Below are positions 12,384 to 25,904 of a stretch of 64,000 nucleotides of DNA, piece after piece. A model generated the notes under the pieces. It saw only the letters and a list, made by a program, of their open reading frames with translations. It was not told where the DNA came from and did not search any database. The position numbers and the translations under genes were made by a program. This stretch comes from Octopus bimaculoides (taxonomy: Eukaryota): NCBI RefSeq assembly GCF_001194135.2, contig NC_068991.1:78340545-78404544 (forward strand). The letters run 5' to 3'. Positions within the stretch are counted from its first letter, which is position 1; each line of letters starts with the position of its first letter.

Positions 12384-12760
12384 AATGAAACGTAAAAAGC
12401 ACCATCCGAACGTGGCCAATGCCAGAACCCCCTGACTGGCTCTCGTGCCAGTGGCACGTTAAAAAGTACTGTCTGAACATGGCCAATGCCAGAACCCCCT
12501 GACTGGCTCTCGTGCCAGTGGCACGTAAAAAGCACTGTCTAAACGTGATCGATGCCAGGCCCGCCTAACTGGTTCCTGTGCCAGTGGCATGTAAAAAGCA
12601 CCCACTGCATGCTCGGAGTGCTTGGCGTTAGGAAGGGCATCCAGCTGTAGAAACATTTCCAGATCAGATTGGAACCTGTCACAGCTGCTGGCTCTCCAGA
12701 CCTGTCAAACCGTCCAACCCATGCCAGCATGGAAAACGGACGTTAACGATGATGATGATA
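12384..12760 (+). mobile_element. RTE LINE 3' UTR with three tandem 66-67 bp subunits and (GAT)n tail
   Basis: Same 3' UTR as 40490-40784. Confidence 0.8.
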
Positions 12761-15700
12761 TGCAACAATTGCCTTCTCTTTACAACTTCAATGAAACCTG
12801 AATAAAGGAAATACTTTAAAAAGAAATTAGTCCCTGTGTGTTGTGACCAGAAGGGTTGGTGATGGGAAGGGCTCTGGAAGTCTGCCTCAGAAAACCCATC
12901 CAACATGTGACACCATGGAAAAGTGACTTCTGCTTCTTCTTACATTAAAAGAAAACTTTTTATCGATCTTCAAAGCATGTACTAAACTCTCAAATTGAAC
13001 AAACTGGCACAAATGATACTTTGTTCAGCCTCAGATTATAATGCCTTTAAAAAATAGGGAAGGATACATTGTATAATGCAGTCCCACATATGGCATGCAT
13101 TACAAAAATGTGTAAACCAGATGATTGTAGTTGATTGGTTAAAGGGGTTTTTTGATCAGAGAACTAAACAATGGTAACTAGTCTTCACACAATGCCAGTT
13201 TTGTATTCTGTGCTTTCTCACTTCAGTAGGAGGAGCAGGTAGGTACAATCTACATAAAATAAACAACTGGTGTCTCATTGAAAGAAAAACCCTACTGTAT
13301 ATGCAATATTGTATACATGCTTTGAAATCAGTAAGAAATAAATCCTTCCTATTGATAACTTGGAAAAATAGTTTGAATTTTATGCAAAACACATTAAACA
13401 ACAGGTGTTGTGTAGAACAGAAGCACATCCCCAGATGTCATCCTCATGTATGTTCTTTGAGTAAACAAGTTAGAAATGGAAGCAGTAATGGACGAAAATA
13501 GCACTTGGCATNNNNNNNNNNNNNNNNNNNNNNNNNNNNNNNNNNNNNNNNNNNNNNNNNNNNNNNNNNNNNNNNNNNNNNNNNNNNNNNNNNNNNNNNN
13601 NNNNNNNNNNNNNNNNNNNNNNNNNNNNNNNNNNNNNNNNNNNNNNNNNNNNNNNNNNNNNNNNNNNNNNNNNNNNNNNNNNNNNNNNNNNNNNNNNNNN
13701 NNNNNNNNNNNNNNNNNNNNNNNNNNNNNNNNNNNNNNNNNNNNNNNNNNNNNNNNNNNNNNNNNNNNNNNNNNNNNNNNNNNNNNNNNNNNNNNNNNNN
13801 NNNNNNNNNNNNNNNNNNNNNNNNNNNNNTTTTTTAAACCATCTTTTCTAAACTGAAAATATTTTAAATTTCACCCTGCCTCTTCAGTGGACGTCACGCA
13901 GTTACCCCACCCCACAAAAAAAACACATTTCTTTTTTTTTAAATTTGTGGGGTGGGTGAAATCTAAAAAAAAAAAAAAATTTTTTCTTTGCGTATTCGTA
14001 ATCTCCAACATCTAAAAATATTTTTTAAACTTTTCAACTCTGGGATGAAAACTGAGTCACGAAGTAATCGCATGGGTTGTTTGAAAAGATAACAAAGTAG
14101 AGGCATGACAATACATTTGGAATTTGAAATAAAGTTTGAGAAATATGTAACAAGATACTGTTCTTCTTTTTCATCGGTTGTGGTTCTGTGTACGTTTATT
14201 TTGGGCAGACATGGTGTGCCTTCAGTTGTCAGAAACATTTTTAGGGTCAGTTACATTAGAAACGCTTTCTTCTAGGACACTAAACATTGTTATAGTTAAC
14301 CCTGGAGTACTTTATACTCTGAGATTCTCTCTACTCCATAAGGAAACGCTTGGGTTTTAAACCTTTTAATATTTGTCTGTCCACCTGGTTTAGAACATTT
14401 CATTGTAATTACAGGGTCAGAGTAAGCAAGGCTTCCTCTCTGGTGACCTAAATATTCCATCAGTTCATTGATTTGGACTGGTACTTTAATCAACCCTGCA
14501 AACTTAATGTTTTAGTCCTCAGAATACAATGTTAAATGTAATGCGTATTTATTCAGATTGTTTTGAATTAATCATGCATTATCCTCTTTGAGATTTCAAT
14601 GATGTGATTGTTTATTTTTAGAATGACATTGTGGGGTAGGGTGTGGGAGGCCAGATTTGGTCAATTTGAACATAAAACCAGATATGACTGGTTTAAATGC
14701 AAAAGGGTTCAAGCAAGGTTTTTATCTCAGTCAAGAGGGCCAGAGCAAATTAGCCAGAGGGCAATTTAACCTGCTGCTCTGAGGACAACCAGCTTCCAGA
14801 ATAATGGTATGTGCCACATAAATTGATATCTAAAAGATGTAAATTGAATGTGTTGCTATATTAATGTCTAATATAAACATTGAACAACTGAAGAGAAATG
14901 GATGTTGCTGATCATAAATATATATATAAAAAGATGGTTTGAAAACATGAGCGTAATAGAAATATTGTTGATTATTTGTTTGGCATGTTGACAAAAATTC
15001 ATTAGTTAATTAATGAGCTTTCCCAATTTTAATACTCATTATTGAATTTGAGGGTTATTTTTCTCTATTGATATAGATTTTGTCCTGCTGTAGTTATTAT
15101 TGTACTCCAGTATTTGGCATCACAAAGCAATTTTTTTTTTCGTCTTAATAAACGTGTATAGTTTTATGACTTAGAGAAACTGTGTGATGGCCTGTTAGTC
15201 ATTCGAGTTGTACTGTTGGCTGGGGTTCTGCAATATATTTTTTGAGCCTTGTCCACAAAGTATTTCCTTTGTCGATGCAGCTCTCTCCAGTCTGGTTGGT
15301 GGTAGCTGTCAAGAATGACAATGATAGAAAAGCCCAAAACAAAAAGTCCACTGCAATCAAGACTGGTTCCATAAATAGAGAAAACCACTTTCATCACCAA
15401 AACTTCAGTGTTACACATAGTCTGAAGAGATGGCAGATTGGATGCTATAATACTCTTTTCAGTCCACTTGTACTCAGATGTAGGTCTAGTTTAATTTGTG
15501 ATTGTTAGTAATTAGATAAGAAATACATGCAGGAATGGTGTTCAAGAAAGATATGGTGCAGAAAATTCAGTTAACTGTGTAAAAAGAAACCTCTGCTGGT
15601 TTCAATAATAGATCAGTAGTTTTTGTTAAGACTCTGGATTAAGATATTCTTTATTGTAGATTTAGATAACTTATTTCTAGCAGAGACTACAGAGGCTCTC

Positions 15701-16189
15701 TTATCAGTTAATGGTTGTAGTGGGTAGTGATTGAAGAGTTGTATCACTAGATAAGGTGATCAAGTGTTTTTTGGATGAGGTTTAAATCAAGTTTGTTGTT
15801 AGTAGGGCGGGGGTGGGGGTGGTCCCAGATCAATCTTGTTCAGGTAGACTTAAGCCTAAAGCTTTCAAACAATCCATCTATATATTTACATATATATATT
15901 GAGCATTTTGTACTCTAATGTGTAGAGTGTAATTAAAAGATATTTGGTTGTTAATTCTAGCAGCTTAAGTGGCCATGTAGAGGACCAGTCTTTAGCTTGA
16001 GGCTGTAATACTTGAGTGTAGGGAAAAATTTGTATATTGTAAAGGGTTACCTTCTGTTAAAGATTTCTATAATTTGAAGAAGAAACCGATTTTTATTTGT
16101 CTGATGACCACAATTTATCTTTCATAACCTCTTCTTTGAACTATTACAATTGCTATCTTGTCTAAAAAATGGTGTTTTCTTCATTTAAG

Positions 16190-16273
16190 CACATGGAATA
16201 TGACTCTGAGGCAGTTCAGGCTATCAGACAGCTGAATGGATACTCAGTCTGCAATTCAAGAATTCGAGTTGAG
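16190..16273 (+). CDS. RBM4: lark/RBM4-like, coding exon 2 (RRM C-half)
   Basis: TTCATTTAAG acceptor; HMEYDSEAVQAIRQLNGYSVCNSRIRVE completes the RRM; GAG|GTAAAA donor, phase 0. Confidence 0.88.
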
Positions 16274-19200
16274 GTAAAAGAAAAAAAAAAAAATTCTTTT
16301 TTTGTTCTATCAAACCTTGTTTGTTGTATGAGTGTATGTTTGTGAACTGAAATAAGTATCCATAAGTTAGAATGAAAAACTGTTTTTAAGGTTTATATTG
16401 AAATATCGTTTAGTCATTCTGGCTATATCAAAGTATTTAAATATCCATAAATTAGACTTTTTTTTGTTTCTTTGGGTTTTTAATGATGCTTGTATATGTT
16501 TAAGCATCATTTACATTATTCTGCCGCTAGCTATCATCTGTTAGGTCAAGCTTGTTGGTTTAGATTGATTTGTTATCCTGACTTCATCCTGGAGTACGGG
16601 TGGGGCTCATTGCTAATCTTATTGATCTCTTATATTGGATCAGTGTTGAAGTATTTTCTAAAAATACTTAAGCAAGAGAGACATTTCCACTGGTTATTAA
16701 AGACCCTTTACTGTTTGTCATCCTTTATTTATAAAGCACGAGTGAAGTGTATCTTGTGTTATTTAGTCTGCAGGAAGCTTTTAGAGATAGAAGTTTCTAA
16801 TTCTGAATATCTTCCAATATTCAGCACATTTGTTTTAAAAATAAAAAAGATTGGAGAGAGGGCATGATAATGAAAAAAAATCATTGTAATTAAGAATCTA
16901 TTCTGAGTTGAATTTAGTGATTAAATCATGATGAAAGAAATTGATATTTTAATTTCCAGGTACAATAAATATTTTTAATTTTAATGTAGATTTAGGAGAT
17001 TTAATGATAGTTTAAAATGTCTAGACCAAAAATGATTTTGGTTGCACAAGATATTTTAAGCTTAGTTTAATTGAAAACATTAGTTACATTTTATTTAATT
17101 TCAACTAATTTAAGTTTTCTTTTATAAACACTAATATTTTCTCAGATTTATTCATGTCAGATTTTATCCTTGATGACTGACATCCATTCTCAAACTAAAA
17201 CTTTTAGAATTAGTATTTTTTTTTTTTGTTTCCAAGATTTATAAAAATAAAATTTAATTTTTGTTTAATATGACAAATGAGTGGCTTTGTGTCTTACCAG
17301 TGATATTTACTTTTATATTTTCCCAATATTAAATGAGATAGCCTCTAAATAAAATAGCAACTAACAGAAAATTGCTAATTTTGTCCCGTCGTTTATGACT
17401 TGCATATGAAGTTTTAATTATAATTTTGATTTTCTTAATTGATCTAATGATACTGGGGCATTTTTGTTTCCAAAAATGAAAAAACATGTTCTAAAATTAT
17501 AGTAATAGATATACTAACAACTCACCGTATCTGTTATCAGTGTTTGTCTTGCAACAGAATTTTGCTTGTAGTGAGCAATGAACTGTTTCTTTGTGCTTTG
17601 TTGTTGTTGTTGTTTTTAGTCAAACTTGCATCTCAAAATTTAGTTGAGATTTCAACTAATTAAGATTTTGAGTCCTCGTATTGCTTATTAACTTGTTTCA
17701 TTTACTAATCAGTTGATGTTGCTCTATGAGAGTTAGTGGTGTGTGTGTGTGTGAACCGAGAGAGGGAGGAATTGTTTGTATTTTGTGTTTGGTTTATTTG
17801 TACAGCATGCCTTGTTAGTTCCATGAAATGTAATAAAATAAAGATTTAGGTTTAGTAGTTTTTTTTTGCTCATTTTTAATTCTGCCTTGGCTTTTCAAAC
17901 CACAAATAAAAACAACTAATGATGAAAAAATGGCAAAAATAAAGATGTTTTTGTTTCATTTTGGAGAAATTTTGGTTTAATAAGTAGACATACCTTACTT
18001 CGTTGTACTCTATAAACTGAGTTTTAATCAATAAAATGGAAGAATGGCATTGCATGCACCACATGCAGTGTAAACTTCCCAGCTTTACGCTGCATGTACT
18101 GCACACATTCTTCATTTCTTTTGAAGTGGGCACTGGCCAAAATGAATTTCTTGAAATATCTAGTGTAATTAGAACTCGTATTTCTCGTATGTCAATTAAA
18201 AAATTTCATTATAGTAATATCGACAATTAGTACTTTCATTTTGTTCTGTTTAAGAAAAAAACGAAACAAAATAAAGCAATTGTTCTGGGTTGGGTTTCTG
18301 TGGCATACTGCAGTGGTACTGCATTAGCTGCAGTTTGTGTACATGCACAGAAGTACTGCTGCAGTTTTAGTGTTAAAAATGCTAATAATACATGCAATAA
18401 ATTAATTTTCTTGAGAACACCACAGAGGCAAGATTTGTGAGTTTATTAGGAAGCTTAATTCGTATTTGAAGCAATGTCGTAGGTGCCCACGAGAAAAAGG
18501 GGGTCACAATTTGTTTGCCCTCGTGTATTAGTAAACTCATTTGGATATGATTAGTTATCTCGTTCATTTGTGTATGCAAAAGCTATCAATCGACAGAGCT
18601 GGCAGCTAACTTGGTCTATTGCTTCAATGTATCATTCAACCATGCTGAAAATCAGTTACTCTAAAAATATTGTGCATAGGTTTGAATTTCCAGATCCATC
18701 CAACCAAAATAACATAACAGAAGTTTAAAAAATTTTTTGCAGCTGGATTACAGTTTTATATGTACATATAACTGTGTGTGTGTGTCTGTGTGTGTTGACA
18801 GACTAGCTAATTTGCTTTTGTAGTTTGCTTGTATGTAATTAATGTTCAATGGACAGACTATGTTCCGCTATGTGCTTGTGATTTTGTGTGTGTGATATTT
18901 ATGTATTCACAATATATGTATGTATATACATAAAAACACACACTTGACGTATGCACAGTGAAAACTGCTTATTATTATTATTATCATCGTGGATAATGTC
19001 ATCAGATGGCTATCGAAATTAGCGGGCCCCAAAGATGCTCGTAAAAATGTTTATCTTCTGCTTGATGTTATTGGCAGCTTTATTGTTATCTGAAAGACTC
19101 TGTCCCAAACTGATAATAATAAGCAGTTTCCACTATATATTTTATGTCCATTTTGCACTTTGACATGGGGTTCGACTATTATATTGTATGTGTATTATTG

Positions 19201-22200
19201 AGGTATTGAGGTTTGTTTCTCTTTCTCTATGGAAATTCTTCATTATTTTGCTACAGGTCTTCCTCCATTTATTTTGTCTTGTTTGCCTGTCTCTTTGGCT
19301 GTTGCCTATCTCCCTGGCTCTTTTCTGCTCTCTCTCTCTCTCTCTCGTTTATTTCAACCACATCTCTTTATAATACTTTATTTTTCTCCTGCTGGCTCAG
19401 TCACTCTTTTTTTTTTTCCAAATTATGTTTTTCACATTAACTTTTTTTAGTTCCCTTTTCTCTCTTATAAAACTCTTATCTTCATACAACCATTCCTTTC
19501 TTATGTTATTCCTTCCTTTCTTCCTTGACCGCTTAATAGTTTCTTTCCATCTTTCATCTCACAACTGTTTTCTCTTTCCATGTTTCTGTAGCATGATAGG
19601 GGGAAAGAAAAAAATAAAGGCATCAGCAAGCAGAAAAGGGGACAGCTGCTTCGTACTTTTATGTAGAAAATATACAAGTATAGTGTATGTATACAATACA
19701 CACACACACACACACCCGTATGAATACACACCCACATACATACACTATGTTTGTGTATCGATGTTTCTCAACCTTCCTTTGTCTCACATTCCTTCATTTT
19801 TCCAAAAAGAAGTTTTAATTAAATTGTTTTTACAAGATTTTGCTTGTTTCTTGTTGTAAAGTGATCTATGTCCCACCTTGAGAAACATTGGTGTGTGTAT
19901 GGCATATGTTAATATAACCTATGTAAGCATTGGAAAACAAAAATTATATATGAACGCACATGTGTGGGGATAAAATGCATGTATATTATTATATAGTGTG
20001 CTGAGTTGTCAATTGTCCTTCAATATTTCTTTTGGCTCCTGACACACCACGTTCAAACCCTGCCATAGTCAACTTTGCATTTCATCCTTGCAGGGTCGAT
20101 AGAATAAAGCACCAGTCAAGTGCTGTAGTTGGTTTGGTTGACTTGCCTTGTGCCTTTTTTAGAAACGATATACAAGATTGTCATATATAATATATATATA
20201 TATATTGCAGTCTTGTCTAAGTTCCTTCATGTTTTGCCCTTTTTTATTTTTGTTTATCCTCATGTTTTGTTTATTGTTAACATTCCCTTAAAAAAAACCC
20301 TAATTTTTTTTTTGTTGCATTATTATGGTGTTAAAAATCCAAAAACAAACTCAGTCTATGATAGTGTGTAGAATTGTGAGGCTGTTTCTGTTTTGAGGTA
20401 CAGATTTTGGAGTCCTTTTCTAATACTCAAATTAATTGTGTGAAAATAACTACAATTTTGAAAGCTGATATTTATTTAAAAATAGTACATTTTAAATCAT
20501 TTATATTCATTTTCTGGAATATCAGTATTTTATTTCCNNNNNNNNNNNNNNTAATAAACATTACAAAGTGCTCTTTTCAGATTAAATAATCAAAGCTTCC
20601 AATTTATAAAATAGATAAAAAAAAGCAAAAAGAGTTTAATTCTTGCCTGCTTCTCTCTTCAACTGCAAAGATGCGAAAATAAATTATACTTGAAGCAGTG
20701 TTCATGAAACTATTTATATCATATTTATTATATCCAGTAGTTTGTTTGGATTTGATTTCCAATGGTTTCAAATTTTCATTCTTTTAGTCTGACTTTCAAA
20801 CTGATTAAACTAAATTATTATTTGTATAAAGACTATATATGCCATACGTTTGTAAACTTTATAATGTATTTCTTAATATCTGGGCACCTCTCCAGATGTT
20901 GGGATCTATGTTGTTTTCTAATCTGAAGACACATGAAATCACATATTATGCCCTCCATTAGTCTATATATATGAAATGGCAGATAAAAGTATTCATTTGT
21001 GAGACCATGGTAAATTGGATTTTTATAGCCCTGAACTTAGGGGAATTTCAATATCATTCTTTAAGATAAGCAGTTCTCTTGGCTTGCAGCTGAACAACCA
21101 TGTATTTCTAAGTAAAATGTAGGTCAAGGAATTAAGTTGTTCATCATTCTCTAAACTTACACTAAACCAAGGTCAACAAACTTTTTTGACAGCATAAACC
21201 TGATGAAATATTTTGGTTTTATGTAGCTTCACATTCTTAAAATAAAAAAGAAGTTTTTAAACAAATTTGTTTTATATCCTGATATTAGTCAGTGACTTAT
21301 TAACAAAATTATTTTCCATTGATATCCCTGTTTGTATTTGTGGAATGTGGTAAACTCTCCGTTAACTGATGCCACAAACCAGTTGTGATTTCTTCATTTA
21401 AAATCATTTGACAGCACTTATATTACTAACGTCTTCAGGAAAGTTGTGGATGCTGCAATCTGCCATTTACACTCTTCATCACAAAAAAGAAAAAAATCTT
21501 AAAGTATATTGATACTGGACATCATAAGCATCTAATTCATTTGCGACAGGTCCACCAATGGCTGATCTGCTACTCTTAAAATTAAAATTAATCCTTAAAA
21601 TGTTTAAGAAAATCTTTATAAGAATTGAAGTTGAGTAAAAAGAAGCTATTTTGTTCAGTGATATAGAAATTCACTTGTTCTATCTTAACTCTTTCATCAC
21701 TGTATCTCTCATAAAATAAAACTGCTTTCTCTGCTCCAGTTGATTTTGAAATTAAAATAATGAATTTGGTGAGATTAATCAGGAGTCTGGACGTAAAAGG
21801 TTATTAATAGTAAATATGCACAGGATTGTTTCCTTAGAAGCAGTGCCACAGACAGGTTGGTACCTTGGTTTAAGTGCAGAGTACAATCAATGCATTATTA
21901 CATTTTATTTTTTGGTGTTCAAGTTCTATCACTGCGGTTACCAATTTGTTTAATAACAAAGCTGGCAGATTGGATTGGCTTTGAGATCTTTTTCCTATGA
22001 TGAATTTACCTGTCATTTCACTCAGAATGGCTTATCATATGGTGAGGCCGGAAGCTGACTTTCAATAATCCATATTACTTCACATACATATTTGCTGCTA
22101 AGTTCTCTGATAACAACCATTGTTAAAAAAATAAAAGGTTAAATTTAAAGCTTTAACTGCCGTTGAAAGTTTTTCAGAAGCAGTCAATTCTTGCACACAA

Positions 22201-22613
22201 ACACATGTATGCATATAATCCTACAAGCATGATTCCTTAGATTCTTGATATTTGCTCCAAATTATTTATCTTGCCTTTTAGCAATCGCTTGAAAGCAGAC
22301 CTGTTCTATTCAGCCTATCTGAAAGGGAGAATTCACTCAGGTCTTAATTATTAACTCTGGGATATAATAAATTATACTTGCTTCATCTCTGATGAAAGCT
22401 GCTATAATTCTTTCCTAATTTATGTGAAAGTTTTCTGATAGATGTACTTGTGATAGTTTTCTTTTGTCACTGTCAACTATGGCTACCACACTTCAATTCT
22501 TAAACCATGACAATGTTCAATATGATTTTTTTGGGGAAAAATAAAAATAAAATGGTATTCATCAATGAAAATGTTTGTTGCCTATATATGCGCATTGCAT
22601 ATGCGTGTGTTTG

Positions 22614-22661
<48 letters not shown>

Positions 22662-25600
22662 CATACATATATATATGTCTGTATATACATGTATAACTTG
22701 AATTCATGCATATATAGGCATTAATGATGGGGAGTGGGGAAGCAGCTCATTAAACGATTCGTTTTGAATTAAGCAAAGGGTATATAAAATTTCCACAATC
22801 TTATACGATTCTCTTTTTAATTCTGTTTATAATTAGTTGCTTCAAAATATAATTGTAGGTGGTTATTCATTCCTTTATTCATGATTATAATTATTTTTGG
22901 AATGTTTAAGCAAATTCAAAAAAGAAAAGAAAGAAATCATTTGTTGATAGATTTTTTTTATAGCCCTTATAATGCCATATATATTAACAAACCAAAAAGA
23001 TTACACCATAGCCTATTTTAGAAATTTATATAAAATATTTTCTGGCTATGTTTATAGATATTTAATTCAATATTAAAAGACTCTTGAATCTATTTCATCA
23101 AACATAATGCTATACAAAAAATTCTGTTCAAAAATAAATTTTGGTGCAATTTTATTGGAAACTTAAGGCATACATTTTAAATCTTGTAATATATATTTCA
23201 GAAAAAGGGATATAAAATTAATTTCACTGCATATACAAACTCTCTCTGTGGGTGTTTGTATCTATGCATGTAAATATATATATATATATTTGTGTATGTA
23301 TATGCATACACATATTGAGATTAAAGGTATATCCGTTACCATCCATGGTTTTACTGACTTTTTTCAAAGTATTGAAAGTAGCTTGTGTTGTATGTATATA
23401 TATATATATATAAATATATGTGTGTATAAATACTCCTTGGAATTGGCCGATAGATTTAATAAACGCACTTTACTTTCCAAAGTAGCTATTTCAATGTTTA
23501 GATGGCAAATTGTTGTTGTTGTTGTTGTGCAAATTCATACCACCTCCGTGTTTATCAGTGTTAGGGCCAATCCCCAAATTCAGCCGTAACGCTTCAGAGT
23601 ACTAAATTGCTGCCAGCTTTTCAAGGACGGACCGTTATTTAGTTTGCGCCTGTGTCATCGTGAATAGATTCTGCCAAGCCCCCTGACGTAAACAAGAATA
23701 GCATTCCCAAGGACATGGAAGTCCCCAGCGAGCGTCATAAAGGTATGTTAAAGTGGTTTTACGTTCTGCAGATATTTTTGCGTGCGTTCCTTTTTACTAG
23801 TTTATGATTGAATAGAGAAAGTGTACTCAATCTGTGTGGCTGTGTGTTGTGTTGTGTGTTGTCAGGATCTGTTCTGAAATGCCAGAGTGCCAACCTGCCA
23901 ATGTTGTTGATTTGTGACATAAAGTGTGCTTGAGTGAATGTGCATGTGTATAAATGCTTCAATTAATGTATGTATGGTGCAGGCATGGCCAAATGATGAA
24001 GCAGTTTTGTTTCAGAAGTATTTGGTCTTGGGTTCAATCTCACTGTGCAGCACATTGGACAAATTTCTTCTACCGTAGCCTTCGGTTGACCCAAATCTTG
24101 TGAGTGAAATTGGCCAGGTAGAAACCAAAAGCCTGTCAGATGGATAGGACTTTTTGAAAGGTCAACCATGTTGCTATATCATTGATTCCGCCTGAGGATT
24201 ACAGTGAATGTACAATACTCAGAACCTTACATTATCTTATGGTCAATGACTGTGTAGTCCGATCAAAGAACTGAAATAATTCTTGTTTAAACGAAGAGAG
24301 GAAACATTTGCTATTTTATACACGTGTATATTTTAGTTAATGTTTTGTTTTTTTTTAATGAAATTTGGAAAGCTTCTTAGAGTTAACTGTTAATTTTTTT
24401 TCTTTCAAAATTCAAATTGGGTGAACTTTCGTGCCAAAGTGAAGTTTCTACTCACTAAATATTATATTTGGTGTGTTCTCCAATCCATTCAGTACTACTG
24501 TTTCCGCTGCGTAAACAATTTGTACAAAACATCTGCGACGTGTTGATCAGCATCGTTCAGTTGCGTAAGTTAGAATATGGTGATCTCCTCGTCCTCTTTT
24601 AAAAACTATTCGGTCTACACACTGCGTTGTTAAGCGTGTTTCCCACAACTTGGAGCATTGCCCGTTCTATGTTTTCAGAAAAACAAAAACAAAAATCGAA
24701 ATGCGTTATCTATTCGTTCTTAATTTTATTGACCGAAAATCATCGATTAATTTTTGAAGAAGCATCTCTTTACTTTTGGTAATTTGTCAGTTTTCTAAAA
24801 TTGAAAATAAGGATTAAACACATGTAATGCAAATACAGCTGAACTGATAATTATCTAATTTTCAAAATTAATTATTAGGATGTTGGTAATTCGTGAAAGC
24901 TGCTGCTCATTTTTGTAGTTTTATTTTATTTAATATTGGAAGCTCTACAGAAATGAACCAACTTGTTTCTGTTTTGTCCTATATTTCATATATCATTGAC
25001 ATTATTTCTTTTTCAGCTCATTTCATTTTTCACTTATTTAAAAAAAAAAAAAAAAAGATCTGGTCGTGTTGGATTGAGAATCTACAATTTCTTTTGCTAT
25101 CTGCTTTTTGTGGAAGATGTTTTAGGCTTTAGACTGTGGTTATCTTTATATTTACTAACATTTTTGAGAATTGATTTTTAAATATCATTGCAAATATTGA
25201 AAATAATTTTAAGGAAATGAAAATTTATCAAACCAAACATTGGGAAGAGAGTGGTAATGATTTTCTATGTTATCAACATTTATTTGATTGGAGAGTCATT
25301 AGAAGAGTTCAAGGAATGGAGAAACTAAGCATTCCGTGCTTTTATCCATCATCTCAGCTTGAGGAAGATAAAGTGTTTTCACTTGGGTTATGANNNNNNN
25401 NNNNNNNNNNNNNNNNNNNNNNNNNNNNNNNNNNNNNNNNNNNNNNNNNNNNNNNNNNNNNNNNNNNNNNNNNNNNNNNNNNNNNNNNNNNNNNNNNNNN
25501 NNNNNNNNNNNNNNNNNNNNNNNNNNNNNNNNNNNNNNNNNNNNNNNNNNNNNNNNNNNNNNNNNNNNNNNNNNNNNNNNNNNNNNNNNNNNNNNNNNNN

Positions 25601-25851
25601 NNNNNNNNNNNNNNNNNNNNNNNNNNNNNNNNNNNNNNNNNNNNNNNNNNNNNNNNNNNNNNNNNNNNNNNNNNNNNNNNNNNNNNNNNNNNNNNNNNNN
25701 NNNNNNNNNNNNNNNNNNNNNNNNNNNNNNNNNNNNNNNNNNNNNNNNNNNNNNNNNNNNNNNNNNNNNNNNNNNNNNNNNNNNNNNNNNNNNNNNNNNN
25801 NNNNNNNNNNNNNNNNNNNNNNNNNNNNNNNNNNNNNNNNNNNNNNNNNNN

Positions 25852-25904
<53 letters not shown>

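Noticed and set aside
21997-22058. ATGATGA...CTGA resembling a box C/D snoRNA
   Set aside because: No terminal stem, no clear C'/D' boxes, and I could not match the guide to an rRNA or snRNA; such motifs are frequent by chance in AT-rich DNA
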